A stretch of DNA of 64,000 nucleotides from an uncultured Actinomycetota bacterium. Lineage in GTDB: Bacteria > Actinomycetota > Actinomycetes > Propionibacteriales > Nocardioidaceae. Positions 31,197 to 40,607 of the stretch are shown here, piece after piece. A program made the position numbers and the translations under genes. Under the pieces are notes generated by a model. The model was not told the DNA's origin, did not search any database, and saw nothing but the letters and a program-made list of their open reading frames with translations. The DNA is taken from NCBI GenBank assembly GCA_963766475.1, contig CAVXZS010000003.1:169778-233777 (forward strand), read 5' to 3'. How positions within the stretch are numbered: the first letter of the stretch is position 1; each line of letters starts with the position of its first letter.

Positions 31197-31901
31197 ATGA
31201 CCACCATCCCGTCCATCCCCACCGTCCGCTCAACCGTCGGCACAGACGCCGGCCCGGCTGCCCACACCGCGTCCGGTCGGCTCCGTGTCGTCGCCGTGGC
31301 GATGGCCGGCGCGGCGGCCACCATCGCCGTCCTGGTCGCCACCCACCCGTGGGGCGACCGCCTGAACAGCTCCTCCGACGACCTGCTCCAGTACGGCGCC
31401 CTCCACGCGGACCGTGACGCAGCGTGGGCGAGCATCATCGCCGACGGGTTCGCCCTCGCGGTCCTCGCGCTCTGCGCCGCGCTCGCCACCTGTCACCTGG
31501 CGCAGGCACGCGGCCGGGTCGCGGCGCTGGTCGGTGCCGTGCTCGCAGTGGCGGGCGGTGTCCTCTTCGCGATGGGGAGCTTCGGCTTCGTGACCTTGTC
31601 CTGGTTCGTGACCGGGGTGCCCGAGGAGTCCGCTGCCGAGCTGATCTCCTACGCCAACGACCAGACCGGGCACCTGCTCGGTGTCGAGATGGTCGGCTTC
31701 GCGCTGTTCACCGTGGCCATCGTGATCCTGGGGGTCGCGCTCGTGCGGGCGAAGGCGGTCCCGCTCGTGGCCCTGCTCGCCTTCGTGGCCCTGACCGTGC
31801 TCCTCTTCACACCGATCCCGGGACGTGCCATCGACGTCGTCCAGGCGGCGCAGATGGTGCTGCTGGGTGGGTTGGCGGTGCCGCTCTGGCGCCGTGCCTA
31901 G
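31197..31901 (+). CDS. Membrane protein divergent from the two-component system
   Basis: GGAGG RBS; about six TM helices. Confidence 0.75.
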   Translation: MTTIPSIPTVRSTVGTDAGPAAHTASGRLRVVAVAMAGAAATIAVLVATHPWGDRLNSSSDDLLQYGALHADRDAAWASIIADGFALAVLALCAALATCHLAQARGRVAALVGAVLAVAGGVLFAMGSFGFVTLSWFVTGVPEESAAELISYANDQTGHLLGVEMVGFALFTVAIVILGVALVRAKAVPLVALLAFVALTVLLFTPIPGRAIDVVQAAQMVLLGGLAVPLWRRA

Positions 31902-32714
31902 GCCGTTCTTGGGCGGCAGAGGGAAGAAGCTCGACGTCCGGGCGGCGTACGCCGGGTAGCCGGGCCGCTGCATCATCGTCTTCTCGAGCAGCTTGACGCC
32001 GGTGACCTGGTAGACGAAGAAGGTCATGGCGGCCGGGCATAGCACGGTCGCGAGACCGGCCACCCAGCCGGAGCCGAGCCCGGCCGCCAGCCACAGCCCC
32101 CACCAGATGCAGGCGTCCCCGAAGTAGTTCGGGTGCCGCGAGTAGCGCCAGAGCCCCTGGTCCATGACCTGGGGCCTGGTCTCTCGCGGCTGCTCCTTGT
32201 ACGCCGCGAGCTGGCGGTCGCCGACGGCCTCGAAGAAGAGTCCCGTGGCCCACACGATGACGCCCACCATGACCACCGGCCACCACTCGACGTTCAGCAC
32301 GGCGCCGACCATCACCGGCAGCGCGACGAACCACTGGACCGCGCCCTGCACCAGGAAGACCCGGCGGACGACGGTGGACATGCCGATCTCGGACGGCGGC
32401 CCGCCCAGCATCTCGGCGTACCTCGGGTCCTCCTTGCCGCCGTGCTCGCCCACCGCGCGGCCGCGGATGTGCCAGGCCAGCCGCAGCCCCCAGACCGCGA
32501 CCATCGCCGCGACCAGCCAGCGCCGCCAGCCGGTGCCGTCGTCGAGGACGGTGCCGACGACCGCGGCGGCCAGCGCGACCAGCACGAACCCGGCACCCCA
32601 GGCGACGTCGACGACGGCGGCCTTGTCCAGCTGCTTGGCCCGGACCGCAGCCAGGCCCATGCCGAGCGCGACGGCGAGCAGCCCGGCGAGAAGGGAGACG
32701 AGGATCGAGGACAT
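31898..32714 (-). CDS. DUF1295 steroid-reductase-like membrane protein (Rv0446c-like); natural stop apparently shifted by +1
   Basis: EDPRY, GLWRYSRHPNYFGD and TSSFFPLPP motifs; TAG at 31898-31900 is one base out of frame. Confidence 0.8.
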
Positions 32715-32762
32715 GGGCGGGTCAGCCGCCTTCGCGGTCGGTCGGGCGGGTGAAGGACGGGT

Positions 32763-33407
32763 TCAGCCGAGCTTGGACCACGCCAGGTCGGCGGCGTCCG
32801 CGATCCGGGACGCGCTGCCGTTGCCCCGGGGCGGCTCCACCATGAGCAGCATCACGGTCCGGCCGACCCGCGTCAGCAGGGTGCGACGCCAGGTGGTCAG
32901 GCCGCTCTGGATGAAGGCGTCGAGCATGCCGACCCGCTCGTCCCCGACCCGCCGGGGCTGCCAGCCGTGGACCTTCATCGTCGCCTTGCCGCCCTCGCCG
33001 TCGGTGGTGGCGTGGGTCCCGCGGCAGGTCTCGATGAAGCTCCGGTAGTGCGCGAGCAGCGCGCGCGCCTCGGCCGTCGTCCGGAACCGGACGATGTTCT
33101 CGTCGAGGGTGAACGACGGCCCGCTCAGTGAGTAGTAGTAGCCCTCCACCCGGCTGGTGCCGCGGTAGTTGCGGTAGTGGTCGCAGTGCAGCGGCGAGGT
33201 GGTGAAGTCGGGCGCGTCGATCCCGAACGCGTAGACGCCGCGGTGGCCGTCGTCGTGGCGGCCGCGCAGCTGGGGGAAGACCGTCTCCGCCTCGTCCAGC
33301 GTCAACAGGCTGGGCTTGTCGAGAGGTGCCGCGAGGGCAGGGCTGGGCACGGCGAGCCCGAGCGCCGCGAGCAGCGCGCAGGCGAGAACGATGAGCCGTC
33401 GCGTCAT
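32763..33407 (-). CDS. Secreted hypothetical protein, possibly PknH-like sensor domain
   Basis: Signal peptide ending PALA; two Cys. Confidence 0.7.
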   Translation of the reverse strand: MTRRLIVLACALLAALGLAVPSPALAAPLDKPSLLTLDEAETVFPQLRGRHDDGHRGVYAFGIDAPDFTTSPLHCDHYRNYRGTSRVEGYYYSLSGPSFTLDENIVRFRTTAEARALLAHYRSFIETCRGTHATTDGEGGKATMKVHGWQPRRVGDERVGMLDAFIQSGLTTWRRTLLTRVGRTVMLLMVEPPRGNGSASRIADAADLAWSKLG

Positions 33408-33437
33408 CGCCCTTTCCTACCACCGGCGCACCGGCGC

Positions 33438-34868
33438 TCACCAGTCCCGCACGAGGGGCAGCGAGTGGTCGGCGCCGGGCCGCACCATGAGCAGCTGGTC
33501 CACGCCCATCCGGCCGTCGCGGAAGGCCATCGAGCCGCCGACCAGGTAGAGCTCCCAGACCCGCACGACCTCCTCGCCCACCAGCTCGACGAGCCGGTCG
33601 CGGTTGCGGCGGAGGTTGGCCAGCCACCCGGCCACGGTCAGCACGTAGTGCTCGCGCAGCGCGTGCACGTCGCGCACCTCGAGGCCGGCTCGCTCGAGGA
33701 ACGCGACGGTCTCGCCGACGGGCCGCATGTACATGTCGGGGGCGATGAAGCTCTGGATGAACGGCCCTCCGCCAGGCCACTTCCCGCTCCGGCTCATCTG
33801 CTGCACGAGCACCCGGCCGCCGGGCCGCACCGACCGGTGCAGCATCGAGGCGTACGCCGGGTAGTTGCCCTGGCCGACGTGCTCGCCCATCTCGATCGAG
33901 GCGACCGCGTCGTACTCATCCGTCGAGTCGCGGTAGTCGCAGAGCTCGATCGCGACCCGGTCCTCCAGGCCGCGCTCCCTGATCCGCTGGTCGATGAAGC
34001 GCTTCTGCTCGGCCGCGATGGTGATGCCGGTGACCCGGGCGCCGAAGTGCTCCGCGGCGTGCAGGGACAGAGAGCCCCAACCGCAGCCGACGTCGAGCAG
34101 GGTCATGCCGGGTCGCAGCCCCAGCTTGCGACACACCAGCGACAGCTTGTCGACCTGGGCCTGCTCGACCGGGACGTCCCGCGACACGTGGTAGCCGCAC
34201 GAGTAGGCCATCTGCGGCTCGAGGATCAGCTGGTAGAACTCGTTGCTCAGGTCGTAGTGGAACGAGATCGCGCTCCGGTCGCGGCGCCGACTGTGGAGAC
34301 GTCCGCGGAGCCGCGCCTGCGACGTGGGGGCTGCCGGCGGACGGCCGAGCGCGCCGACCCCCCGAACGGTGCGTACGGCGCCCAGTACTGCTGACACCGT
34401 CGGCCGTCCACCGGAGAGCCCCCGCTCCTTCGCCACGGCGAACGCGTGGGTCAGGGCGTGGTCGAGATCACCGGGGACGTCGAGCTCCCCGGTGACGTAG
34501 GCCTGTGCCGCGCCGAGCTCGCCGGGCCGCCAGAGCAGCCGGCGCACGGCGTCGACGGAGCTGAGGACGACCAGGGGTGCGTCGACAGGTCCGGCCACCG
34601 AGCCGTCCCACGCCTTCAGCCGCACCGGCAGGTCGCCCTTCAGGAACGGCCGCAGCGCCTCCTCGAGCCTGGGTGCGATGCCCTCAGCCACGGGTCGAGT
34701 CCCAGCCCCGGGTTGCGAGGTTTCGAGACGGGCGCAGAACGCCCTCCTCAACCAGCGAGGTGGTCGCCACGGCGGTGGTTGAGGAGGTTGCGCAGCAACC
34801 GTCTCGAAACCTCGCAAGGCTGCGCTGGGAGCCGACCCGGCGATGTCGAGAGGCGCAGCGCCGGTCAC
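33438..34868 (-). CDS. Cyclopropane-fatty-acyl-phospholipid synthase family methyltransferase with repeat-encoded N-terminal extension (alternative start 34691)
   Basis: HYDLSNEFY, MAYSCGY, LLDVGCGWG and IEMGEHVG motifs. Confidence 0.9.
   Translation of the reverse strand: MTGAAPLDIAGSAPSAALRGFETVAAQPPQPPPWRPPRWLRRAFCARLETSQPGAGTRPVAEGIAPRLEEALRPFLKGDLPVRLKAWDGSVAGPVDAPLVVLSSVDAVRRLLWRPGELGAAQAYVTGELDVPGDLDHALTHAFAVAKERGLSGGRPTVSAVLGAVRTVRGVGALGRPPAAPTSQARLRGRLHSRRRDRSAISFHYDLSNEFYQLILEPQMAYSCGYHVSRDVPVEQAQVDKLSLVCRKLGLRPGMTLLDVGCGWGSLSLHAAEHFGARVTGITIAAEQKRFIDQRIRERGLEDRVAIELCDYRDSTDEYDAVASIEMGEHVGQGNYPAYASMLHRSVRPGGRVLVQQMSRSGKWPGGGPFIQSFIAPDMYMRPVGETVAFLERAGLEVRDVHALREHYVLTVAGWLANLRRNRDRLVELVGEEVVRVWELYLVGGSMAFRDGRMGVDQLLMVRPGADHSLPLVRDW
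34691..34839. repeat. Long palindrome containing two family-A hairpins
   Basis: Copies at 34719-34753 (-) and 34777-34811 (+) with extended complementary flanks. Confidence 0.88.
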
Positions 34869-36131
34869 GATTCACGCACCAAGGTGAGCTGGTGGACGTC
34901 GAGGTAGGACGAGGCGAAGCCCGGCCCGGGAGTACTCCAGGTAGAAGTGCCACATCCGCAGGAAGGTGCGGTCGAAGCCCAGGCGGGTGACCTCGTCGGA
35001 GGCGGCGAGGAACGCCTGGTCCCAGAGCCGCAGCGTCTCGGCGTACGACGCTCCCATCGAGAGTCCCTCGACCATCCGTAGCCCGGTGTGCTCGCGGGTG
35101 ACCTGGTCGATCACCTTCACCGAGGGCAGGAAGCCGCCGGGGAAGATGTACTTGTTGATCCACGTGTAGGTGTTGCGGGTGACCAGCATCCGGTCGTGCG
35201 GCATCGTGATCGCCTGGATCGCGACCCGCCCTCGGGGCGCGAGCACCCGGTCGATCGTCTGGAAGTAGGTCTGCCAGTACTGCCAGCCGACCGCCTCGAC
35301 CATCTCGACCGACACGACCGCGTCGTACTGTCCGGCGACGTCGCGGTAGTCGCAGAGCTGCACCGAGACCCGGTCGGCGACCCCGGCCGCGGCGATGCGC
35401 CGCTCGGCGAGCGCCTGCTGCTCGGTCGACAGCGTGATCGTGGTGACCGTGGCGCCGCGCTGGGCGGCGCGGATGGCCAGCTCACCCCATCCGGAGCCGA
35501 TCTCGAGCAGCCGGGTGCCCTCGCGGACGCCGGCCTGGTCGAGCAGCCGCTCGATCTTGCGCACCTGGGCGACCTCGAGGTCCTGCTGGGTGGCCGAGCC
35601 GTCGAGCAGGTCCGGCGCGAACAGGGCCGAGGAGTAGCTCAGGGTCGGGTCGAGGAACCGCTCGAAGAGGTCGTTGGACAGGTCGTAGTGATGGGCGACG
35701 TTGTCCTGGGAGTTCTCCGCGGAGCTGATCTCCTCCGCAGGGGGTCTGCGCACGACGGCGCCCCGGAGCCTCTGCAGCGGCTCGGGGATCAGGTGCTGGA
35801 TGCGGGAGGCGAGCACGGTCAGGAAGCCACCGAGGTCCTCGGCGTCCCAGGCGCCGGTCAGGTAGGCCTCCCCGAAGCCGATCAGCTGGTCGCGGCCGAG
35901 CCGGAGGAAGAACTCCTCGGGCCTGCTCACGACTGCCACGGGGCCGCCCCTGCCGTAGGTGCGGTCGCCGACGTGCACGGTGACGTCGAGCCGGCCGACC
36001 GCGGCCCGGAAGAGAGCGTGCGCGATCCGGGCCGACACCCGGGCGCGCGCCCCGGTGGGCACCTCCTGGAGGCCTGGCCAGCTCTTGGCGCGCAGGTCGA
36101 CCTTGCGGTGTGCGCGGGCGGTCTCGCTCAC
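34865..36131 (-). CDS. Second CFA-synthase-family methyltransferase (UfaA1/Rv0447c-like); apparent +1 frameshift near 34922
   Basis: HYDLSNDLF and LLEIGSGWG motifs; corrected C-terminus AGFASSYLDVHQL ends in a GTGA overlap with the next gene. Confidence 0.85.
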
Positions 36132-38219
36132 TGGTGGGCTCCTTTCTGCGAGTGGACGGGGCGGGGCTTGACGGGCAGTCGGCGCAGCCACAGCCACACG
36201 CCATGCATACGGATCAGAACCGCTCCACGGATTGCCGCCGGCGCGGCTCGCAGCGGGGTGGTCGCCGTACGACGCCCCGACAGCGAGGCGCTGAACCTCG
36301 CGCCGTCGTCGGTGGTCAGGTTGACGACGATGTCGAGCCGGTCGTCGTGGGGGACGGGCACGGTGAGGTCGTAGGTGCCGTCGGTGCCGTGGAACGGCGA
36401 GACGTACATCGCCTTCGGCGTCGTGGCCCGGCCCCGGTCGTCGGGTCGCACGAGGTAGGCGTGCCGGTCGCCGTAGGTGTTGTGCACCTCGACGACCGTG
36501 GCGGCGTGCCTCCCCGACGCGTCCCAGCACCAGTGCACCGAGATCGGGTTGAAGCAGTAGCCGAAGGCGCGCGCGTGCGCGGCCATCACCACGCGACCGC
36601 CCGGCCAGGTCGATGCCGTGTCCGCGGAGGAAGCCCTCCACGTTGCCGCGGATGGTGCCGTCCGGCTCGCCCAGATGGTCACGTGCCTCGAAGCTGGCGA
36701 GCACGCCGTGGTCGGGCAGGTCGTCGAGGTCGACCAGCCAGGTGTGCGAGCGGTGCGTGAAGCTGCGCGTGAACGGCGTACGGCGGGTGTGCCGGACCGT
36801 GGTCTCGAAGATGCCGGTCGGGACGTCGTCTGCGGGCGAGTGCGGCAGCACGTCCGGCCAGGTGAGACCGAGCCGCTCGACCGCGCGCAGCCCCGAGCGG
36901 GCGCCGTCCTCGTGGAACCCCCAGCCGTGGTAGGCGCCGGCGAAGCTGATCCGGTCGGTGTCGACCGACGGGAGCAGTGCCTGCGCAGCCACCGAGCCGG
37001 GGTTGTAGAGCGGGTGCTCGTACTCCATCCGGTCGATCACCCGCGCCGGGTCGACGTGGTCCTCACCGCCGAGCGTGACCAGGTAGTGGGTGTCGGTGTC
37101 GAGCCGCTGCAGGCGGGTCAGGTCGTAGGTGACGAGGACATCCTCGGCCGAGCGGTGGTTGAGGAGGTCGCTCTGCGACCGTCTCGAAACCCCGCTGCCC
37201 TGAATATGTTCCAGCCCACGCTGTGGTGGCTCCGTCCTCGCAGGCCCGGTCGCAGCGAGCCGACCAAAGTTCCACGATGCCCGGGCGTTGGCGGACGACG
37301 GCAGCACCGACGTGTCGGTGTGGAGCAGCGCGGTGTTCTTCGAGTAGGGCATGGCGGAGAGCACGTCGCGCTGGACGGCGGTCGGGTCGGCGAGCATCGC
37401 GAGCGCCTGGTCCGGGTGGGTGGCGATGACGACGGCGTCGTAGAGCCGCACCTCGCCGTTGCCGTCGGTGACCTCGACCCCGTCGGCGGTCTCGAGGACC
37501 GAGGTGACCTTGACGCCGGCGCGGACCTGCTGGACCCGCGCGGCCACCGCGGCGACGTACCGCTGCGAGCCGCCGGTCACCGTGCGCCACTGCGGGCTGC
37601 CGAAGACGCCGAGCATGCCGTGGTGCTCCAGGAACGTGAACAGGTAGCGCGCCGGGTAGTCCAGCGCCACCTGCGCGTCGCACGACCACACCGCGGCGAC
37701 GAGGGGCTCCATGAAGTGGCGCTGGAAGTACGCCGTGAACCGGCCCTCGGCGAGGAAGGCTCGGAGAGTGACGTCGTCGCTGGTCGAGACCTCCGCAGCC
37801 AGCAGCCTTCTCGCCCGGCGGTGGAACCGCGGAATCTCGGCGAGCATCCGGAGGTAGCGCGGGTTGGAGAGGTTGGCGGCGGTGGGGAAGACGCCCTTGC
37901 GGCCCAGGGCGCCGGCCCACTGCAGGCCGGTGTCGTCGTCGCGGATCGACATGGACATCTGCGAGGGCTGGGTGACCACTCCCAGCTCGGCGAACAGCCG
38001 CAGCAGCACCGGGTAGGTGCGCGGGTTGTGCACGATGAAGCCGGTGTCGATGGCCAGCTCGCGGTCACCCTCCCTCACGACATGGGTGTCCGCGTGGCCG
38101 CCGAGCCGGTCGTCGGCCTCGAACAGGGTCACGTGCGCGGTGCGCGAGGCGACGTACGCCGCCGTCAGCCCGGCCACTCCCGAGCCGACGACCGCGATGC
38201 GCTGCGGGGTCGGTGTCAT
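36128..38219 (-). CDS. FAD-dependent oxidoreductase (Rv0449c-like) fused to DUF1365 (Rv0448c-like); apparent +1 frameshift near 36600
   Basis: GSGVAG, RLGGHADT and GAYHGWGFHEDG, then HTRR and (other frame) FNPISVHWC, EVHNTYGDRH, KAMYVSPF. Confidence 0.85.
37157..37191 (+). repeat. Family-A hairpin in frame (antisense) inside the FAD oxidoreductase
   Basis: GGTTGAGGAGGTCGCTCTGCGACCGTCTCGAAACC, read as VSRRSQSDLLN. Confidence 0.9.
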
Positions 38220-38229
38220 CACTGCGGTC

Positions 38230-38937
38230 CTAGGCGTCGAAGGGGAACGACGCGACGATGTCGCCGGTCGGCTCGGTGGGCTCGTCGGCGGCGTCCTCGA
38301 CGCTGATGGCGGCGGCGCTGGCGGTGGCGGGGTCGCCGCTGAGCACGACCTCGTTGTCCGGGCCGGCGGGCATGATCCCGGCCGGCACCATGACGCCGTC
38401 GTGCTGCAGCCACAGCGCGTAGGCCTTGCCGTCGGGAGCGTCCGGCATGGCGTGGGTCTTCAGGACCGCCTTGTCCAGCTTCTCGGAGCGCACCAGGGTC
38501 GCGGTCGCGCCTCCCTCGAACTCGACGGTGATGCGCTGCGCGTCGGCGGCCTCGGCCACCTGGCTGTACTGGCTGCGCGGGCCGTCGTCGCCCATCTGCT
38601 GCCAGACGATCCCACCGGTCCCGATCGCCACGACCGCGGCAGCGGCCACCAGGAACGGCAGCACCCGACGCCGGCGCGGCGCGAGCGCGGTGACCGTGCC
38701 GCCGGGGGGCGGCAGCGGCCGCACGCCGGCGATGTCCTCGAGCACGCGGCCGCGCAGCTGCGCCGACGGCGTGGTGACGGTGGTCTCGGCCAGGAGCGCG
38801 GCGGCGTCCTGCAGGGAGTCGACCTCGCTGCGGCAGGCCGGGCACTCGGCCAGGTGCCGCTCGAACTGCGCGCGCTCGATGTCGTCGAGCGCGTCGACCG
38901 CGTAGGCACCGGACAGCGCGTGGATGTCGCCGGTCAT
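38230..38937 (-). CDS. rskA: Anti-sigma factor RskA-like with zinc-finger N-terminus
   Basis: GAYAVDAL..FERHLAECPAC, a TM helix, YALWL and AISVE..PTG. Confidence 0.88.
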   Translation of the reverse strand: MTGDIHALSGAYAVDALDDIERAQFERHLAECPACRSEVDSLQDAAALLAETTVTTPSAQLRGRVLEDIAGVRPLPPPGGTVTALAPRRRRVLPFLVAAAAVVAIGTGGIVWQQMGDDGPRSQYSQVAEAADAQRITVEFEGGATATLVRSEKLDKAVLKTHAMPDAPDGKAYALWLQHDGVMVPAGIMPAGPDNEVVLSGDPATASAAAISVEDAADEPTEPTGDIVASFPFDA

Positions 38938-39536
38938 GAGCTCACTCCCATGGTGTCTCGAAGTCTGATGAGCCCGTCCCTGATCCGGGTCTTGGCGGTG
39001 CCCACCGGGAGCTCGAGCATGGTTGCCACCTCCGTGTGCGTGTAGCCGCCGAAGTAGGCGAGCTCGAGAGCCTGCCGCTGCACCTGGGTGAGGCCGCCCA
39101 GGGCCTGGCGGACCCGGCGCGCCTCCATCGAGGCCGTGGCTGCTTCGGCGGTCGAGTCGTGCTCGACCGGCTGGTTGCGCTGCTGGTACGTCGTGTCCCG
39201 CCGGGTCGACGCCTCGGCCGACCGGACCCGGTCGACCGCCTTGCGGTGCACGATGGTGAGCAGCCAGCCGAGGGGACTTCCCTTCGCAGGGTCGAACCGG
39301 CCCGACATCCTCCAGATCTCGAGGAACGCCTCCTGGGCGACCTCCTCTGCCTGGGCCGGGTCGCGGACCACCCGGACCGCCAGGCCGACGACGCGGCTGG
39401 ACGTCGCGTCGTACAGCCGGGCGAAGGCGGCCTGGTCGCCCCTCCCGCAGGCCTTGAGCAGATCCGCCAGATCAGGGGCCGACGACCCCCCTCCCTCGGG
39501 AGGGGCGTCGTCGGCCCTGCGTCCGATGTGATCCAT
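38934..39536 (-). CDS. sigK: ECF sigma factor SigK-like
   Basis: HRKAVDRVRS, LELAYFGGYTHTEVA and GTAKTRIRDGL; neighbourhood matches sigK. Confidence 0.88.
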   Translation of the reverse strand: MDHIGRRADDAPPEGGGSSAPDLADLLKACGRGDQAAFARLYDATSSRVVGLAVRVVRDPAQAEEVAQEAFLEIWRMSGRFDPAKGSPLGWLLTIVHRKAVDRVRSAEASTRRDTTYQQRNQPVEHDSTAEAATASMEARRVRQALGGLTQVQRQALELAYFGGYTHTEVATMLELPVGTAKTRIRDGLIRLRDTMGVSS

Positions 39537-39576
39537 CAGTGCGATCTTCTCGTCCCTCGTCCTTGTCAGGAATAGC

Positions 39577-40242
39577 TCAGGTGGTGGGCATCAGGACGGA
39601 GTCGATGACGTAGACGGTCGCGTTCTTGGTCGGGATGTTGCCGCAGATGACGTTGGCGGCACCGTTGTCGACGGTCAGACCGGACTCGGCGTCGCCGTCG
39701 ACGGTGACCGTGTCGCCGTTCAGGGTGTCGTGCTCACCGACGATCCCGGTCGGGTCGAGCTGCTCGCCCACGACGTGGTGCGACAGGATCGCGGTCAGCG
39801 TGGCCTGGTCGGCCAGCACGGCCTTCAGGTCCGCCTCGGGGATCTTGGCGAACGCGTCGTCGGTCGGTGCGAACACGGTCAGCGCCGGAGCGGCGTTCAG
39901 GGTGTCGGCCAGGCCGGGGACGGCGGTGACGGCGGCGACCAGGGTGGTCAGCAGCGGGTTGTTGCTGGCGGCGGTCGCGACCGGGTCGGTCACCATGCCG
40001 TTGAAGGAGCCCTTGCCGTCCTGCGGCACGGCGTCGCACGCGGGGCCGAAGACGTCGGCACCGGCGTCGTCCACCGCTGCTTCGGTGGTGGTGTCGTCCG
40101 CGGGGGCGGAGGTCGACGACGTGGTGTCGTCACTGGCGCTGGACTCGCTGCTTGCGTCGTCGCCGCACGCGGCGAGACCCATGGTGAGGGCGATGAGGGC
40201 GGCGCCGGCGGCACCGGTACGGCGGAGAGAGCTGCGGTTCAT
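39577..40242 (-). CDS. Fasciclin-domain lipoprotein (MPT83/MPT70-like)
   Basis: Lipobox LAAC; ATAASNNPLLTTL, TVFAPTDDAF and NATVYVIDSVLMP. Confidence 0.92.
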   Translation of the reverse strand: MNRSSLRRTGAAGAALIALTMGLAACGDDASSESSASDDTTSSTSAPADDTTTEAAVDDAGADVFGPACDAVPQDGKGSFNGMVTDPVATAASNNPLLTTLVAAVTAVPGLADTLNAAPALTVFAPTDDAFAKIPEADLKAVLADQATLTAILSHHVVGEQLDPTGIVGEHDTLNGDTVTVDGDAESGLTVDNGAANVICGNIPTKNATVYVIDSVLMPTT

Positions 40243-40283
40243 GGTGGGTGGTGCCTTCCGATTGGGGTGGGTTACACCCCTTG

Positions 40284-40309
40284 TTCGGAGCGGCCTCCGG
40301 AGCGGATTG
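40284..40309 (-). promoter_or_regulatory. SigK-type promoter
   Basis: CAATCC-N15-CCGAA on the minus strand, upstream of the fasciclin gene. Confidence 0.7.
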
Positions 40310-40354
40310 GGCTGGACTTGCCCACCGCCCACGGGATCGGGCTGGACTGGCGCA

Positions 40355-40605
40355 CCGCCCATCGAGCCTGTCGAGATGTCCGCAGCCCGCGCTGGGAGGT
40401 GAGTCCCAGCGCGGGCTGCGGAGGTTTCGAGACGGTTGCTGCGCAACCTCCTCAACCACCGGTGGCGGTGCCGCAAGCACCGGTGGTCGAGCTTTCGAGA
40501 CGTTGCTGCGCAACCTCCTCAACCACCGGTGGCGGTCGCCGCAAGCACCGGTGGTTGAGGAGGGCGCTCTGCGCCCGTCTCGAAACCTCGCAAGCCGAGG
40601 CTGGG
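40355..40605. repeat. Mosaic of one family-B and three family-A hairpins
   Basis: ATCGAGCCTGTCGAGAT at 40361; family-A copies near 40423 (-), 40493 (-, degenerate) and 40553 (+). Confidence 0.88.
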
Positions 40606-40607
40606 AC

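Noticed and set aside
34872-38222. 1116-aa triple-fusion ORF
   Set aside because: Produced by +1 shifts near 36600 and 34922; the DUF1365 C-terminus is in another frame and ends in a GTGA overlap at 36128-36131.
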